From positions 2,951 through 66,950 of the forward strand of contig JAURFH010000001.1 in NCBI GenBank assembly GCA_030834415.1: a stretch of DNA of 64,000 nt, in the 5' to 3' direction. The notes under the pieces were generated by a model, which did no database searches, was not told the origin of the DNA, and saw only the letters and a program-made list of their open reading frames with translations. Position numbers and translations under genes: made by a program. This document shows, one piece after another, positions 19,361-29,363 of this stretch. The stretch is from Verrucomicrobiota bacterium. GTDB lineage: Bacteria; Verrucomicrobiota; Verrucomicrobiia; Limisphaerales; JAEYXS01. Each line of letters begins with the position of its first letter. Position 1 is the stretch's first letter.

Positions 19361-22255
19361 ATGCCTCAGTCCAAACCTATGCGTATCGGTCCTGACGGCT
19401 TACGTCCCATTTGGCTCCTGCGTGTCGCGCTGAGGCTCATGCCCCTGATCGCAATCCTTTACGCAAGCGCAGGTGAACTGCCGATCAAGCGTTTGCCGTG
19501 GGCAACCTCCCGCTTGATAGGCTCACCCGATGCCCCAGCCCCTTACCAAGCTGCTCGAGTTTTCTCTAATCTCCAGTTCCGTAACCCCGTGGAAATGGTG
19601 CCCATGCCCGGCACCAACATCTGGTTTCTCGTCGAGCAACGCGGCCCCATCTATTCCTTTCCAGATGATGCCCGGACGATCAGCACAAATCTCGTCATGG
19701 ATTTGAAGCGCGACTTGCCTGAATTCCGCGAAACCTACGGCCTCGCCTTCCATCCGCAATTCAGCAAGAACCGCAAAGTTTATCTTTGTTACATCACCAA
19801 GGCCGATGTGGATGACTGCACTCGCGTCTCTGAATTCATCTTACCAGATCAACAGCCATTCCGCATCGATCCCAAGAGCGAGCGGATCATCATCACCTGG
19901 CGTTCCGGCGGTCACAACGGAGGCTCGTTGAAGTTCGGCCCCGATGGCATGCTCTACTTTTCCGCAGGTGATAGCGGCCCCGCCAGCCCTCCCGACCCCA
20001 TCCGCACCGGCCAGAACTTGAGCGACCTCATGAGTGCCATTTCCCGCATTGATGTGGATCACCCGGCTAACGGCAAACTCTACTCAATCCCTGCGGACAA
20101 CCCCTTTCTCAAGACACCCGGTGCCCGCCCCGAACTCTGGTGCTACGGCCTGCGCAATCCCTGGCGCATGAGCTTTGATTCAGCAACCGGAGCTCTGTGG
20201 GTTGGCGATGTCGGCTGGGAAATCTGGGAACTGGTCTACAAAATCCAACGTGGAGCCAACTACGGCTGGAGTGTTATGGAAGGTCCGCAAGTCATCCACC
20301 CTGCCGATCCGCTCGGCCCTACTCCGGTGACCGCCCCTACTTACGCCCACTCACATTCCGAAGCCCGTTCTATCACCGGAGGCTTCGTCTATCGCGGCAA
20401 GAAGCATCCTGCCCTCGTCGGCAAATATATCCACGGCGATTGGGTCACCGGCAAGATTTGGGCCTTGCGTGAAATGGCGAACAGCAAACCCGAAGTCCGA
20501 GAGATCGCCAACACTTCTATCCCCATCATCTGCTTTGCAGAGAACCATGACGGCGAACTATATATCGTGAGCTATGATGGAGGCATCTTTGAATTGCAAT
20601 CGAACGAGGCCAACGTCATCTCCGGCCACTTCCCCAAGAAACTTAGTGACACCGGCCTGTTCTACTCCACTTCCAAACATCAACTCGCCGAAGGTGTCCT
20701 GCCTTACGAGATCAATACCGAGATGTGGTCCGATGGCGCCATTGCCGAACGCTTCATCGCCCTGCCCGGCAGCAGCACCATCAGCAAATTCATCAAAGGT
20801 GATTTCAGCAAAGGCGAAACCAAAGATGCCTGGCGCTTCCCCTCCAATACTGTCTTTGCGCGTACCATTTACGTGGAACTGGAGAAAGGCAATCCCAAGA
20901 GCCGGCGCAAGCTTGAAACTCAGATCCTTCATAACACGGGAGCTGACTGGCGCGCCTATAGTTACCATTGGGCCAATGACCAAAAGGACGCGGTGCTTTA
21001 TGAAGGCGACGGCAAAGAGGAATCCTATCTGGTCAAAGACCCCGTCACCGGCAAAAGCTCTTCTTGGACCTGGCGCTATTCTAATCGCACTGAATGCATG
21101 GTCTGCCATCTCACGCGCACCGGCACTGTTCACAGCTTTGCCCCGTTTCAATTGGACCGGGAGATCACCCAAGCCGACAAAAAGCGCAACCAGTTGGAAG
21201 CACTTAGAAGCCTAGGCCTGTTCGACTATCCGGATCCAAAGTATAATCGCATGGCCTCACTCGACGATGAGTCTGCCTCCGTAAACGATCGTGCACGAGC
21301 TTACTTGCACGTCAATTGCTCGCACTGCCATCGCTTTGGCGGCAGTGGTGCCTCGACCATCGATTTCCGCTGGGAGCTAGCCAACGACAAGATTCTCGCC
21401 ATCGATGCTGCACCTACTCAAGGCACCTTCGGTCTGGATAATCCCCACGTAATCACCCCCGGTCGTCCGCAAGAATCTGTGCTGCTGTATCGCTTCGCCA
21501 AACTAGGCCGCGGCCACATGCCTTATCTGGGAGCACAAGAGGTCGATCTAACAGCCACGAAACTTCTGGAACGCTGGATTCGCGAAATGAAGCCGAATGA
21601 AACAGCTGACGTGAACACCCAATTGGAGACTCCTTCTCAGAGTCTCGCCGCCCTCTGCTCGTTGGAGCGTGCGCCAGCCAACTGGAGCGCCCAGGAACGT
21701 GATCAACTTATCCAAAATGGCCTCGCCTCCAAGCATCCGGAGATACGCGACCTCTTCGAGCGATTCATCCCTCGCGAGCAGCGCGCCCGCACCCTTGGCA
21801 CCAATATCCGCGCCCAAGACATCCTCTCCCTCACTGGTGATATCAGCCGTGGTCGCAATCTCTTCATGAACGGCAGTGGTTTGCAATGCACCCAGTGTCA
21901 TCAGGTTAACGGGACCGGCCGCAGCTTTGGCCCTGACCTGAGCACCATCGGTCGCAAGTTTGATCGGGCCAAAATCCTCGAAAGCATCTTAGAACCCTCC
22001 AAGCTGATTGATCCGGCATTCAAGACCTACACGATCGAAACCAAGACCGACCTCGCTTACACCGGATTCCTCCTTAGCCGCACTCCCGCTGAAATCCAAC
22101 TAAAGGACACCAACGCTCAAGTCATCAAGCTGGCAGGCAAAGACATCGCCACCGTGCAGGAACAGAAGCTCTCCGCCATGCCTGAACTTCTGCTGCAATC
22201 TCTCACCGCCCAAGAAGCCGCCGACTTACTAGAGTTTCTAGCATCCTTGAAGTAA
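19361..22255 (+). CDS. Secreted PQQ-type sugar dehydrogenase-like beta-propeller fused to multi-haem c-type cytochrome region
   Basis: The ORF track gives 19253-22255. I prefer the ATG at 19361 (MPQSKPMRIG...hydrophobic segment). It has a soluble glucose/sorbosone-dehydrogenase-like propeller (GLAFHPQF, GGHNGGSLKFGPDGMLY, GLRNPWRMSFD, ANYGWS) and three CxxCH motifs (CMVCH, CSHCH, CTQCH). Confidence 0.8.
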   Translation: MPQSKPMRIGPDGLRPIWLLRVALRLMPLIAILYASAGELPIKRLPWATSRLIGSPDAPAPYQAARVFSNLQFRNPVEMVPMPGTNIWFLVEQRGPIYSFPDDARTISTNLVMDLKRDLPEFRETYGLAFHPQFSKNRKVYLCYITKADVDDCTRVSEFILPDQQPFRIDPKSERIIITWRSGGHNGGSLKFGPDGMLYFSAGDSGPASPPDPIRTGQNLSDLMSAISRIDVDHPANGKLYSIPADNPFLKTPGARPELWCYGLRNPWRMSFDSATGALWVGDVGWEIWELVYKIQRGANYGWSVMEGPQVIHPADPLGPTPVTAPTYAHSHSEARSITGGFVYRGKKHPALVGKYIHGDWVTGKIWALREMANSKPEVREIANTSIPIICFAENHDGELYIVSYDGGIFELQSNEANVISGHFPKKLSDTGLFYSTSKHQLAEGVLPYEINTEMWSDGAIAERFIALPGSSTISKFIKGDFSKGETKDAWRFPSNTVFARTIYVELEKGNPKSRRKLETQILHNTGADWRAYSYHWANDQKDAVLYEGDGKEESYLVKDPVTGKSSSWTWRYSNRTECMVCHLTRTGTVHSFAPFQLDREITQADKKRNQLEALRSLGLFDYPDPKYNRMASLDDESASVNDRARAYLHVNCSHCHRFGGSGASTIDFRWELANDKILAIDAAPTQGTFGLDNPHVITPGRPQESVLLYRFAKLGRGHMPYLGAQEVDLTATKLLERWIREMKPNETADVNTQLETPSQSLAALCSLERAPANWSAQERDQLIQNGLASKHPEIRDLFERFIPREQRARTLGTNIRAQDILSLTGDISRGRNLFMNGSGLQCTQCHQVNGTGRSFGPDLSTIGRKFDRAKILESILEPSKLIDPAFKTYTIETKTDLAYTGFLLSRTPAEIQLKDTNAQVIKLAGKDIATVQEQKLSAMPELLLQSLTAQEAADLLEFLASLK

Positions 22256-22322
22256 GAAGCTGCTTTTCTCGTGGCACACTTACCGGGTGCCGCATTAGAT
22301 TACCCGCACAGTTGAGCTGAGC

Positions 22323-23627
22323 ATGCCCACAAAAACACAGCAAGTCCTGAAGCAGTTGCAGACCTATGAGTCACGCAACGTCCTGTTCACCGAACCGGAC
22401 GGCTCTTGGCCCATTGTCTGGGAGCGGGCACGAGGCAACTACGTGTGGGATGCTGAGGGCCGCAAGTATCTGGACCTCACTGCCGCCTTTGGGGTCGCTG
22501 CCGCCGGTCACGCCAACCCTCGAGTCGTCAAAGCCGGCCAGAAGCAGATGGGCAAACTACTCCATGCCATGGGCGATGTTCATCCGCATGCGCTTAAAGC
22601 CCAGCTTGCCCAGAAGCTCAGCGAACTGACTTTCGGCCGTTGGCAAAAAGGTGGCCGCGGCAAAACCATCTTCTGCAACTCGGGCTTTGAGGCTGTGGAA
22701 GCCGCCCTCAAAACAGCCAAGCTCGCTACTGGCAAATCCGGCATCATCGCGTTTGAAGGCGCCTATCACGGCCTCGGTTACGGCACGCTGAACGCCACGC
22801 ATCGCCAGCATTTTCGTAGCGAGTTTCGCTCCCAGCTAAAATCCTTCGGTCATTTCGTGCCGTTTCCGAAATCAGCCAATGATCTGAAGTCCGTCGAAGA
22901 ACTGCTCCGCTCGGCTCTTAAGACCCAGAAAATCGGCGCTATTTTGCTGGAACCAATGCAAGCTCGCGGCGGCATTCACATTCCTCCTAAAGGTTTTTTG
23001 AAGTTACTCCGTAAACTGTGCGATGAAAACGGGGCGCTCCTGATTCTCGACGAGATTTACACCGGCTTAGGTCGCACCGGCAAATGGTTCGCTTGCGAGC
23101 ACAGCAAGATTACCCCCGATGTCATCTGTCTCGGCAAAGCACTAACTGGCGGCTTCCCACTTTCTGCCTGCGTCGGCTCAGCGCAAGTGATGGATAATGG
23201 TTGGCCACCCTCGAATGGCGAAGCCATCCACACCTCCACCTTCCTCGGTCACCCAGTCGGCTGCGCCATGGCCCTGGCTCAAATCCAAGAATTGCATCAA
23301 CGCAAATTGACCGAACGTAGCGCCAGTCTGGGCAAGGAATTGCTGAATCTTTTGCAAAAGATCAAACTGCCAAAAAAAGATTTAACCCTATCTGCACGTG
23401 TTTCCGGCCTCATGGCTGGCTTAGAAATTCGTCAGGCCGATGGCCGACCTGCTACCCATATTATTTTGAACACCATCAAACGGATGCTCCATCGCGGCTT
23501 CATCCTCCTGCCGGAAGGCGAGTTCGCCGAGGTTATCTCGCTTACTCCACCGCTTACTATCACTTCCTCGGAACTTAAACGCGCCGTAAAGAACTTGCAG
23601 TCTTGCCTGTTGGAGGCCGCTGTATGA
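22323..23627 (+). CDS. Class III (PLP-dependent) aminotransferase, acetylornithine/GABA aminotransferase-like
   Basis: 434 aa with NSGFEAVEAALK, DEIYTGLGRTGKWFA and the PLP lysine in CLGKALTGG. Confidence 0.85.
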   Translation: MPTKTQQVLKQLQTYESRNVLFTEPDGSWPIVWERARGNYVWDAEGRKYLDLTAAFGVAAAGHANPRVVKAGQKQMGKLLHAMGDVHPHALKAQLAQKLSELTFGRWQKGGRGKTIFCNSGFEAVEAALKTAKLATGKSGIIAFEGAYHGLGYGTLNATHRQHFRSEFRSQLKSFGHFVPFPKSANDLKSVEELLRSALKTQKIGAILLEPMQARGGIHIPPKGFLKLLRKLCDENGALLILDEIYTGLGRTGKWFACEHSKITPDVICLGKALTGGFPLSACVGSAQVMDNGWPPSNGEAIHTSTFLGHPVGCAMALAQIQELHQRKLTERSASLGKELLNLLQKIKLPKKDLTLSARVSGLMAGLEIRQADGRPATHIILNTIKRMLHRGFILLPEGEFAEVISLTPPLTITSSELKRAVKNLQSCLLEAAV

Positions 23628-24445
23628 ACCAGACCGAGATGCGCGCCCTGCTCTCGCAGCACGGCATCATGCTGACCAAATCGCTGGGGCAAAACTTCCT
23701 CCATGACGGTAATCAGCTCCGTCGTATTGCTTCTGCCGGAGATATCCAGCCCGCCGATAAACTCTTGGAGATCGGCCCAGGATTGGGACCGCTCACCGAA
23801 TTATTGTTGGCCGGAGGCAATGAAGTTCTCGCCATCGAGAAAGATCGCAGACTCATCCCGTTGCTCGAAGAGCGCTTTGGCAAGCTGCCAAATTTCAACC
23901 TGCTACATGACGACGCTCTGCGCGTAGTGGAAGATCAGACGCGTGATTGGCATGACTGGAAACTTGTCGCCAATCTGCCCTACTCCGTCGCCTCTCCCAT
24001 CTTGGTCGAGCTCGCCCATAACCCGCGTAAGCCCGCCCGCTTGGTGGCCACTCTGCAACTGGAGGTCGCCCAGCGGCTCATGGCCAAAACCGATGGAGAT
24101 GATTACGGCATCCTCACGCTGCTCGTTCAGTTACACTATCAAGCAACCGAACTCTTCAAAATTCCGCCCAAATGCTTCTTCCCCGCACCCGATGTGGATT
24201 CGGCCTGCATCACACTGGTTCGCCGGGAGGAACCTTTACTGTCACCCGAATTGGTGCCGAAGTTCGAACGCATCGTGAAGACGGCTTTCAGTCAACGACG
24301 CAAGATGATGATGAAATTACTGAAGCAAAACTGGCCGATGGACCGCCTTGAATCGGCCTTCAATGACCTTGGACTCCCGTCCCAGATTCGAGCAGAAAAA
24401 GTAAGCCTGGAACAATTTGCTGAACTGACTAAAGCCCTAGCCTGA
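23624..24445 (+). CDS. rsmA: 16S rRNA (adenine1518/1519-N6)-dimethyltransferase
   Basis: The track ORF starts at a TTG at 23603. I prefer ATG 23624, which overlaps the upstream stop as ATGA. Motifs: GQNFL, SAM site LEIGPGLGPLT, and ANLPYSVASP. Confidence 0.92.
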   Translation: MNQTEMRALLSQHGIMLTKSLGQNFLHDGNQLRRIASAGDIQPADKLLEIGPGLGPLTELLLAGGNEVLAIEKDRRLIPLLEERFGKLPNFNLLHDDALRVVEDQTRDWHDWKLVANLPYSVASPILVELAHNPRKPARLVATLQLEVAQRLMAKTDGDDYGILTLLVQLHYQATELFKIPPKCFFPAPDVDSACITLVRREEPLLSPELVPKFERIVKTAFSQRRKMMMKLLKQNWPMDRLESAFNDLGLPSQIRAEKVSLEQFAELTKALA

Positions 24446-24452
24446 TCATCCT

Positions 24453-24956
24453 ATGGCCGAAGAAATCTTTGATGTCGTCAATGACCACGACGAAGTGATC
24501 GATCAAAAGTCACGCCGCGAGGTGCATCGACTTGGCCTCAAACATCGTGCAGTCCACATCATCGTCACTAACGCAAAAGGTGATGTATTCATGCAAAAAC
24601 GCTCCATGAGCAAAGACTCATCGCCCGGTCTGTGGGACACCTCCGCGGCCGGTCATGTGGATAGTGGCGAGGATTACGACACCTGCTCCATCCGTGAATT
24701 GCGCGAAGAGATCGGCCTAAGCATCAGCGAGACACCCCGCCGCCTCTGCTATATCAAGGCATGCAAAGAAACTGGCCAAGAATTTGTCTGGGTCTATCAC
24801 ACCGTCTCCGAAGGCCCATTTGTCCTGCATCCCGAGGAGATTGAAACCGGCGAATGGTTCTCCGTGAAGCATCTGGACGAATGGACCTCATCCAGACCGC
24901 AAGACTTTGCCACATCTTTCTTGCGTGTCTGGGCCGACGCCAAAGGAATGCTTTAA
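24453..24956 (+). CDS. NUDIX hydrolase
   Basis: 167 aa. Nudix box GHVDSGEDYDTCSIRELREEIGL matches G-x5-E-x7-REUxEExGU. Confidence 0.88.
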   Translation: MAEEIFDVVNDHDEVIDQKSRREVHRLGLKHRAVHIIVTNAKGDVFMQKRSMSKDSSPGLWDTSAAGHVDSGEDYDTCSIRELREEIGLSISETPRRLCYIKACKETGQEFVWVYHTVSEGPFVLHPEEIETGEWFSVKHLDEWTSSRPQDFATSFLRVWADAKGML

Positions 24957-25714
24957 CCCCGGCGCATCACTACCCCATCGGCTCCCATCTGCGCCAACAA
25001 AGGAATCGCATTGCGCTGCAGGCAAAACTCCACATCGTCCTTTAATTCCGGGATTCCAAGCAAACGAGCTCCATTGCTGGCACGCTGCATGGCCCCGAGC
25101 AAATCAATCTGCTCCTGCTGATATACCGCCATCGCTATCCGGGTGGAATCGATCACCCGTCCATCGAATCCATTCTCGACTAACGCGGAGCATAGCGCTC
25201 CTGCTCCCAAGGTGTCTTCATAGGCCGCCTCTTCACCCGTGCCACTACAAACGATTACCAGTGAGCGCGCTTTTTCCTTGGCCAGATACCCGGCCACCAC
25301 ATCCAAATTCAGGAATGATGCGATCAACACCTCGGAAGCTCCCCGGCATGACTGCAAAGCTCTGGTCCCATTGGTCGTGGTGGTGACGATTGTTTTTCCG
25401 CCTACCTTTTCGCGAGTGAATTCACGAGGTGAATTGCCCAATTGAAAACTCACTCCGCCACTTTGATCGGCCATGATTCGCAACCCGTGCCGTTCTCCCG
25501 CCAGCACAAGTCCTGGCTTTTTGTGATGTAGCGCCACCGCCTCTTGTATCGTCCCTACCGGGATGATTCCTTCAGCATTTTCAGACAAGGCTTTCACCAT
25601 GACACTCGTAGCCCTGAGGACATCAAACACGACGCAAACGGAGCCGCTCAGATCGCGTGTACCCAGCATGTTGAACTCTGCCGGAGTGAATAGGACTTCC
25701 AGTGTTCGTTTCAT
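24953..25714 (-). CDS. 2-phosphosulfolactate phosphatase (ComB) family protein
   Basis: 253 aa with VVFDVLRATS, GERHG, LGNSPREF and TTTNGTRAL, in ComB-family order. Confidence 0.8.
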   Translation of the reverse strand: MKRTLEVLFTPAEFNMLGTRDLSGSVCVVFDVLRATSVMVKALSENAEGIIPVGTIQEAVALHHKKPGLVLAGERHGLRIMADQSGGVSFQLGNSPREFTREKVGGKTIVTTTTNGTRALQSCRGASEVLIASFLNLDVVAGYLAKEKARSLVIVCSGTGEEAAYEDTLGAGALCSALVENGFDGRVIDSTRIAMAVYQQEQIDLLGAMQRASNGARLLGIPELKDDVEFCLQRNAIPLLAQMGADGVVMRRG

Positions 25715-26601
25715 TTTGTCTTCCTGCCCTTACGACCTACCTGTGTTCGCATGTAATGGAAAAGATACTGCTGCGCATAGCCGCTGTAAGGTCCAAAGTA
25801 CGTAGCGGTGAATTCCGCCAACCGCTTGGCCGAAGCACGGCGTTTCGGAAAATAAAGCTGCTGTAGTGCCTTCAACACCCAGACATCCACCGGAAATGCT
25901 TCTTGGAAACCATAGGCGAACAACAGCACACAATCTGCGATCTTGCGCCCCACTCCTGGCAACTCCATCAACTTATCTCGCGCTTGCGAACAGGACATCT
26001 GTCGGAGCGATTCCAGATCCAGCTTACCTACGGCTACTGCTTGAGCAGCAGCGAGCAGATACTTGGCACGAAAACCCATTTTGGATTCTCTAAGCTCAGC
26101 TTCAGTGCATCGTGCCAACCGCTCAGGCCGGGGAAATGCATATTGTGGCTCACGGCCAACTGGAGCCGCCACCCGTTCTCCATAGCGGCAGCATAGCAGC
26201 TCAACAATCTGCTGTATCTGAACAATCTGCTTGGTCGAAGACAGAATGAATGACGCCAGACACTCCCATGGTTCCTGCTTCAACAGTCGCAAGCCATGGC
26301 AAGCAGCAACCGATTCGCACATCGGGACATCTTGCGGGAAAGATACCACCACTTCGGCCAGATTTACCTCGGTCTGAAGATAGTCTTCCAGCCAGTTCCA
26401 ATCTTCCATGGCGGTTTCTGTTTCCACACGCACATGTCCCGGTTTCTCTTCAAGCCGCACCCAGTTTTGACCGATAACTCCTTCCCACGCGTCGTCATGG
26501 AAACGCCAACGAAAAGCCTGTCCAGAAGCCAAGGTCGCCCCCAAATCATAATCCACCAGTTCGAAGCAATGCTCTTTCATGCCTAGAGCAAATTGCGGCA
26601 T
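25711..26601 (-). CDS. ogg: 8-oxoguanine DNA glycosylase, OGG1-type (HhH-GPD)
   Basis: 296 aa. N-terminal OGG-type segment LGATLASGQAFRW. HhH-GPD motif LMELPGVGRKIADCVLLF carries the catalytic Lys, followed by AFPVDVWV carrying the Asp. Confidence 0.82.
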   Translation of the reverse strand: MPQFALGMKEHCFELVDYDLGATLASGQAFRWRFHDDAWEGVIGQNWVRLEEKPGHVRVETETAMEDWNWLEDYLQTEVNLAEVVVSFPQDVPMCESVAACHGLRLLKQEPWECLASFILSSTKQIVQIQQIVELLCCRYGERVAAPVGREPQYAFPRPERLARCTEAELRESKMGFRAKYLLAAAQAVAVGKLDLESLRQMSCSQARDKLMELPGVGRKIADCVLLFAYGFQEAFPVDVWVLKALQQLYFPKRRASAKRLAEFTATYFGPYSGYAQQYLFHYMRTQVGRKGRKTK

Positions 26602-28739
26602 TCAATCAACTGGACATGATGAAATACCCGTCCCCGGTAAGTGATTTCAAAAACACCTAGATCACGCACACTTTCAAACTGCGCCTTCAATGACTCAGGA
26701 ATCTTCTGCGCCTCTTCCTCGCGGATCACATAAATGGCATTCTGCCCTTTGCGCTGCTCCCGATAGCTGGGCCAGAAATAGAACTGGTTTTCGGGATGCT
26801 CGGACCATCGGTAATAGACGAGCGGCATCTCCACCACATCCTTGCGGGCTTCGGGCAAATAAAAAGACATCAACCCAGTCACTCCGTAGTGCCCGCCGAT
26901 GATGAACACCGGCTTACCTTCTTTCAGCAACTCCTGTCGGGCTTTTTCCGCAGCTTGAGTCAGTTCACTCCACCCACGAGCCCGGCGCAATGGATCTTGA
27001 TGCCCCATAAGATGTTTCCCGACCAATTTCCCGATGATGTTCGTGTCATGCAGGATAAGTAACGCCAGAAAGCCGGCGATGAACCCGCCAATCAGGTAAG
27101 GTTTGAACCAACGCACGCCTTCCCGCCAACGCTTCTCCCAATAGAAAATGCCGAGGCAGAGCAACGGCAGGATAGCCGGGGCGATCCAGTTAGGCTGTAC
27201 GCGCGCCCGGAAAGTGTAGAGGAAATAGAACAGAAACAGCGGCGCTCCCATGCTGAAGCAGTAGACCATGATCTGATTGCCCTTATCCCGTTTCCAGAAA
27301 GCTATCGCTGCCCAGATGATACCGATGAAAATGAACGGATTGAACAGCAACGGTTCCACCACAATGAAATCGATAAAGAATCGCAGGGTCGGCTTCCACT
27401 TCGTATCCAGCCCTCCCCGATTAGCCAGATGCTCCATGGTGATCCATCCATGCTGGGAATTCCAGCTCAGCACTGGAATGGTCGCCAAGGCATTCAGCAG
27501 CAACGCAAGCCATGGTCCCTTCGTCTTGAGGCTAGCACGCGCCGGTTTCCAAAGGACAAAGAACACCGCCCAGCTCAGCAACTGAAACAAGGCCGTATAC
27601 TTACTCAAAAAGCCTAGTCCCATCCATAGACCGACCAGCAACCAATGCTTCGTCGCGTTAGTCTGCACCGCCTTCCAGCCGCTCAGCATGGCCATCATCC
27701 AGAAGAACACGTTGAGTGGGTCGATGGTCATCAAGATGGAGCCCACCGTGATCAACGGCATGCACAGAGGTAATATGACCGACCACAATGCCGGACGCAG
27801 TCCCAGTTCCTTGTAAAAGAAGCGTAGCAAGACCACTGACATCAAAGCCGCCAGCAAAGAAGAGAAGAAACGGACTCCCAATTCATTATCACCGAAGATG
27901 TGTGTTCCCAACCATTGGGTATAAGCGATCATCGGCGGCTTGCTGTAGTAAGAGAGCGCTGGGTGCTTGGACCAGAGCCATTGATAGGCTTCATCCTCCG
28001 TCAGCTCGATCTTCCCCGCAGCATGATACCCTATACGCGCCAGGAAGATGACCGCAATCAACACATAGGCGAGCCGTATCCATTGCTTCTCTTTGAGTTG
28101 CTGACAGCTTTCCGACGAGCGTTCCAACTGGGGGCGATGGCCGGCGTCACGCAAGAGCAATGAAGGCATCCGCTCAAACCAGACCGGGAACAGCTTTTTA
28201 CCTGCGGTGCGCCAAAGCGCATCGACCGCATGCACAATCACAAAAGCATAACCAGCTCCCAGCAATGCACCGGCCAAGACATCACTCGGATAATGTACGC
28301 CATTGTAAACCCGCGAGAAGGCCACCGTGCAGGCGATCGGCAGGAAAAACTTCCAAGAGCGCCGGTAAAACAACCAAAAGACCATTGTGCCAGCAAACCA
28401 GTTTGCCGCATGAGAGGATGGCATGCTGCCACTGCCACCCTTCCCTACGCGCATGATGGTCTCCGGCAGGTCATTGAAGGGCCGCAGCCGACCGATGGCG
28501 TCTTTCAATGAATTGCAAATCAGGCCATCCCCGATGGCGACAGCCAGCAAGAGAAAGAAAACACACAATCTGCCCCTGGCCCCTCCCTTGATGAGCAGCC
28601 AGACCGCTGCGATCAGTGCCACGGGGACAAAAAAGGGATTGCCGCTAAAAAACGGCATGATGGCATCGAACAACGGATTGCTTAACGCATCGTTGCCGAA
28701 TCGAAACAGATCTCTGTCCAATGCCAACAGCCAGTCCAT
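26583..28739 (-). CDS. Fusion of PAP2 lipid phosphatase (N-terminal) and GT39/ArnT-like GT-C glycosyltransferase
   Basis: 718 aa. PAP2 motifs are KDAIGRLRP, PSSH and SRVYNGVHYPSD. They are followed by a polytopic region with ELTEDEAYQWLWSKHPALSYYSKPPM (ArnT/PMT-type DE motif) and about 10 further TM helices. Confidence 0.8.
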   Translation of the reverse strand: MDWLLALDRDLFRFGNDALSNPLFDAIMPFFSGNPFFVPVALIAAVWLLIKGGARGRLCVFFLLLAVAIGDGLICNSLKDAIGRLRPFNDLPETIMRVGKGGSGSMPSSHAANWFAGTMVFWLFYRRSWKFFLPIACTVAFSRVYNGVHYPSDVLAGALLGAGYAFVIVHAVDALWRTAGKKLFPVWFERMPSLLLRDAGHRPQLERSSESCQQLKEKQWIRLAYVLIAVIFLARIGYHAAGKIELTEDEAYQWLWSKHPALSYYSKPPMIAYTQWLGTHIFGDNELGVRFFSSLLAALMSVVLLRFFYKELGLRPALWSVILPLCMPLITVGSILMTIDPLNVFFWMMAMLSGWKAVQTNATKHWLLVGLWMGLGFLSKYTALFQLLSWAVFFVLWKPARASLKTKGPWLALLLNALATIPVLSWNSQHGWITMEHLANRGGLDTKWKPTLRFFIDFIVVEPLLFNPFIFIGIIWAAIAFWKRDKGNQIMVYCFSMGAPLFLFYFLYTFRARVQPNWIAPAILPLLCLGIFYWEKRWREGVRWFKPYLIGGFIAGFLALLILHDTNIIGKLVGKHLMGHQDPLRRARGWSELTQAAEKARQELLKEGKPVFIIGGHYGVTGLMSFYLPEARKDVVEMPLVYYRWSEHPENQFYFWPSYREQRKGQNAIYVIREEEAQKIPESLKAQFESVRDLGVFEITYRGRVFHHVQLIECRNLL

Positions 28740-28823
28740 GCCTTAGTGCTTATCGGTCAAACGCTGGAGAATAGGCAGCCGGCAGCTCCCTGTGCGAGCC
28801 GTAAAAATAAGACCATGCCGGGC

Positions 28824-29360
28824 TTAATAGACTACCAAGGAGCGGATCGGCGTGGAAGACAGACGATCACGTCCATTCAAGAAAGCGAGTTCGATGAGAA
28901 AGGATACTTCCAAGATCTCAGCCCCCACCTTCTTGAGCAAAGAGACAGCGGCCCCTGCAGTTCCGCCAGTAGCCAGCAGGTCATCTACAAGCAGCACCTT
29001 GGCCCCGGGTTTGACGGCATCGATATGGATCGCCACTGTGTTGCTGCCATACTCCAGATCGTAACTTTCCTCGTGCGTTTGGTATGGAAGCTTACCTTTT
29101 TTGCGCACCGGCACAAAGCCTGCCTGCAGCTTGATGGCAACGGCTGAGGCAAAGATGAACCCACGGGCATCGATACCAACAACAGCATCCACCTGTCCCG
29201 GCTTGTAGTCACCAGCCAGCAAATCAATCGCGCCCGCAAATAGCTTGGCATCCGCCAAAACCGGTGTGATGTCCTTAAAGAGAATACCGGGTTTGGGGAA
29301 ATCAGGCACATCGCGGATGGCGGCGGCGAGATCGGAGGTAGAGACAGCGTTTGAAGACAT
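28824..29360 (-). CDS. apt: Adenine phosphoribosyltransferase
   Basis: 178 aa with DFPKPGILFKDITP and PRPP-binding loop VLLVDDLLATGGTA. Confidence 0.95.
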   Translation of the reverse strand: MSSNAVSTSDLAAAIRDVPDFPKPGILFKDITPVLADAKLFAGAIDLLAGDYKPGQVDAVVGIDARGFIFASAVAIKLQAGFVPVRKKGKLPYQTHEESYDLEYGSNTVAIHIDAVKPGAKVLLVDDLLATGGTAGAAVSLLKKVGAEILEVSFLIELAFLNGRDRLSSTPIRSLVVY

Positions 29361-29363
29361 GCT

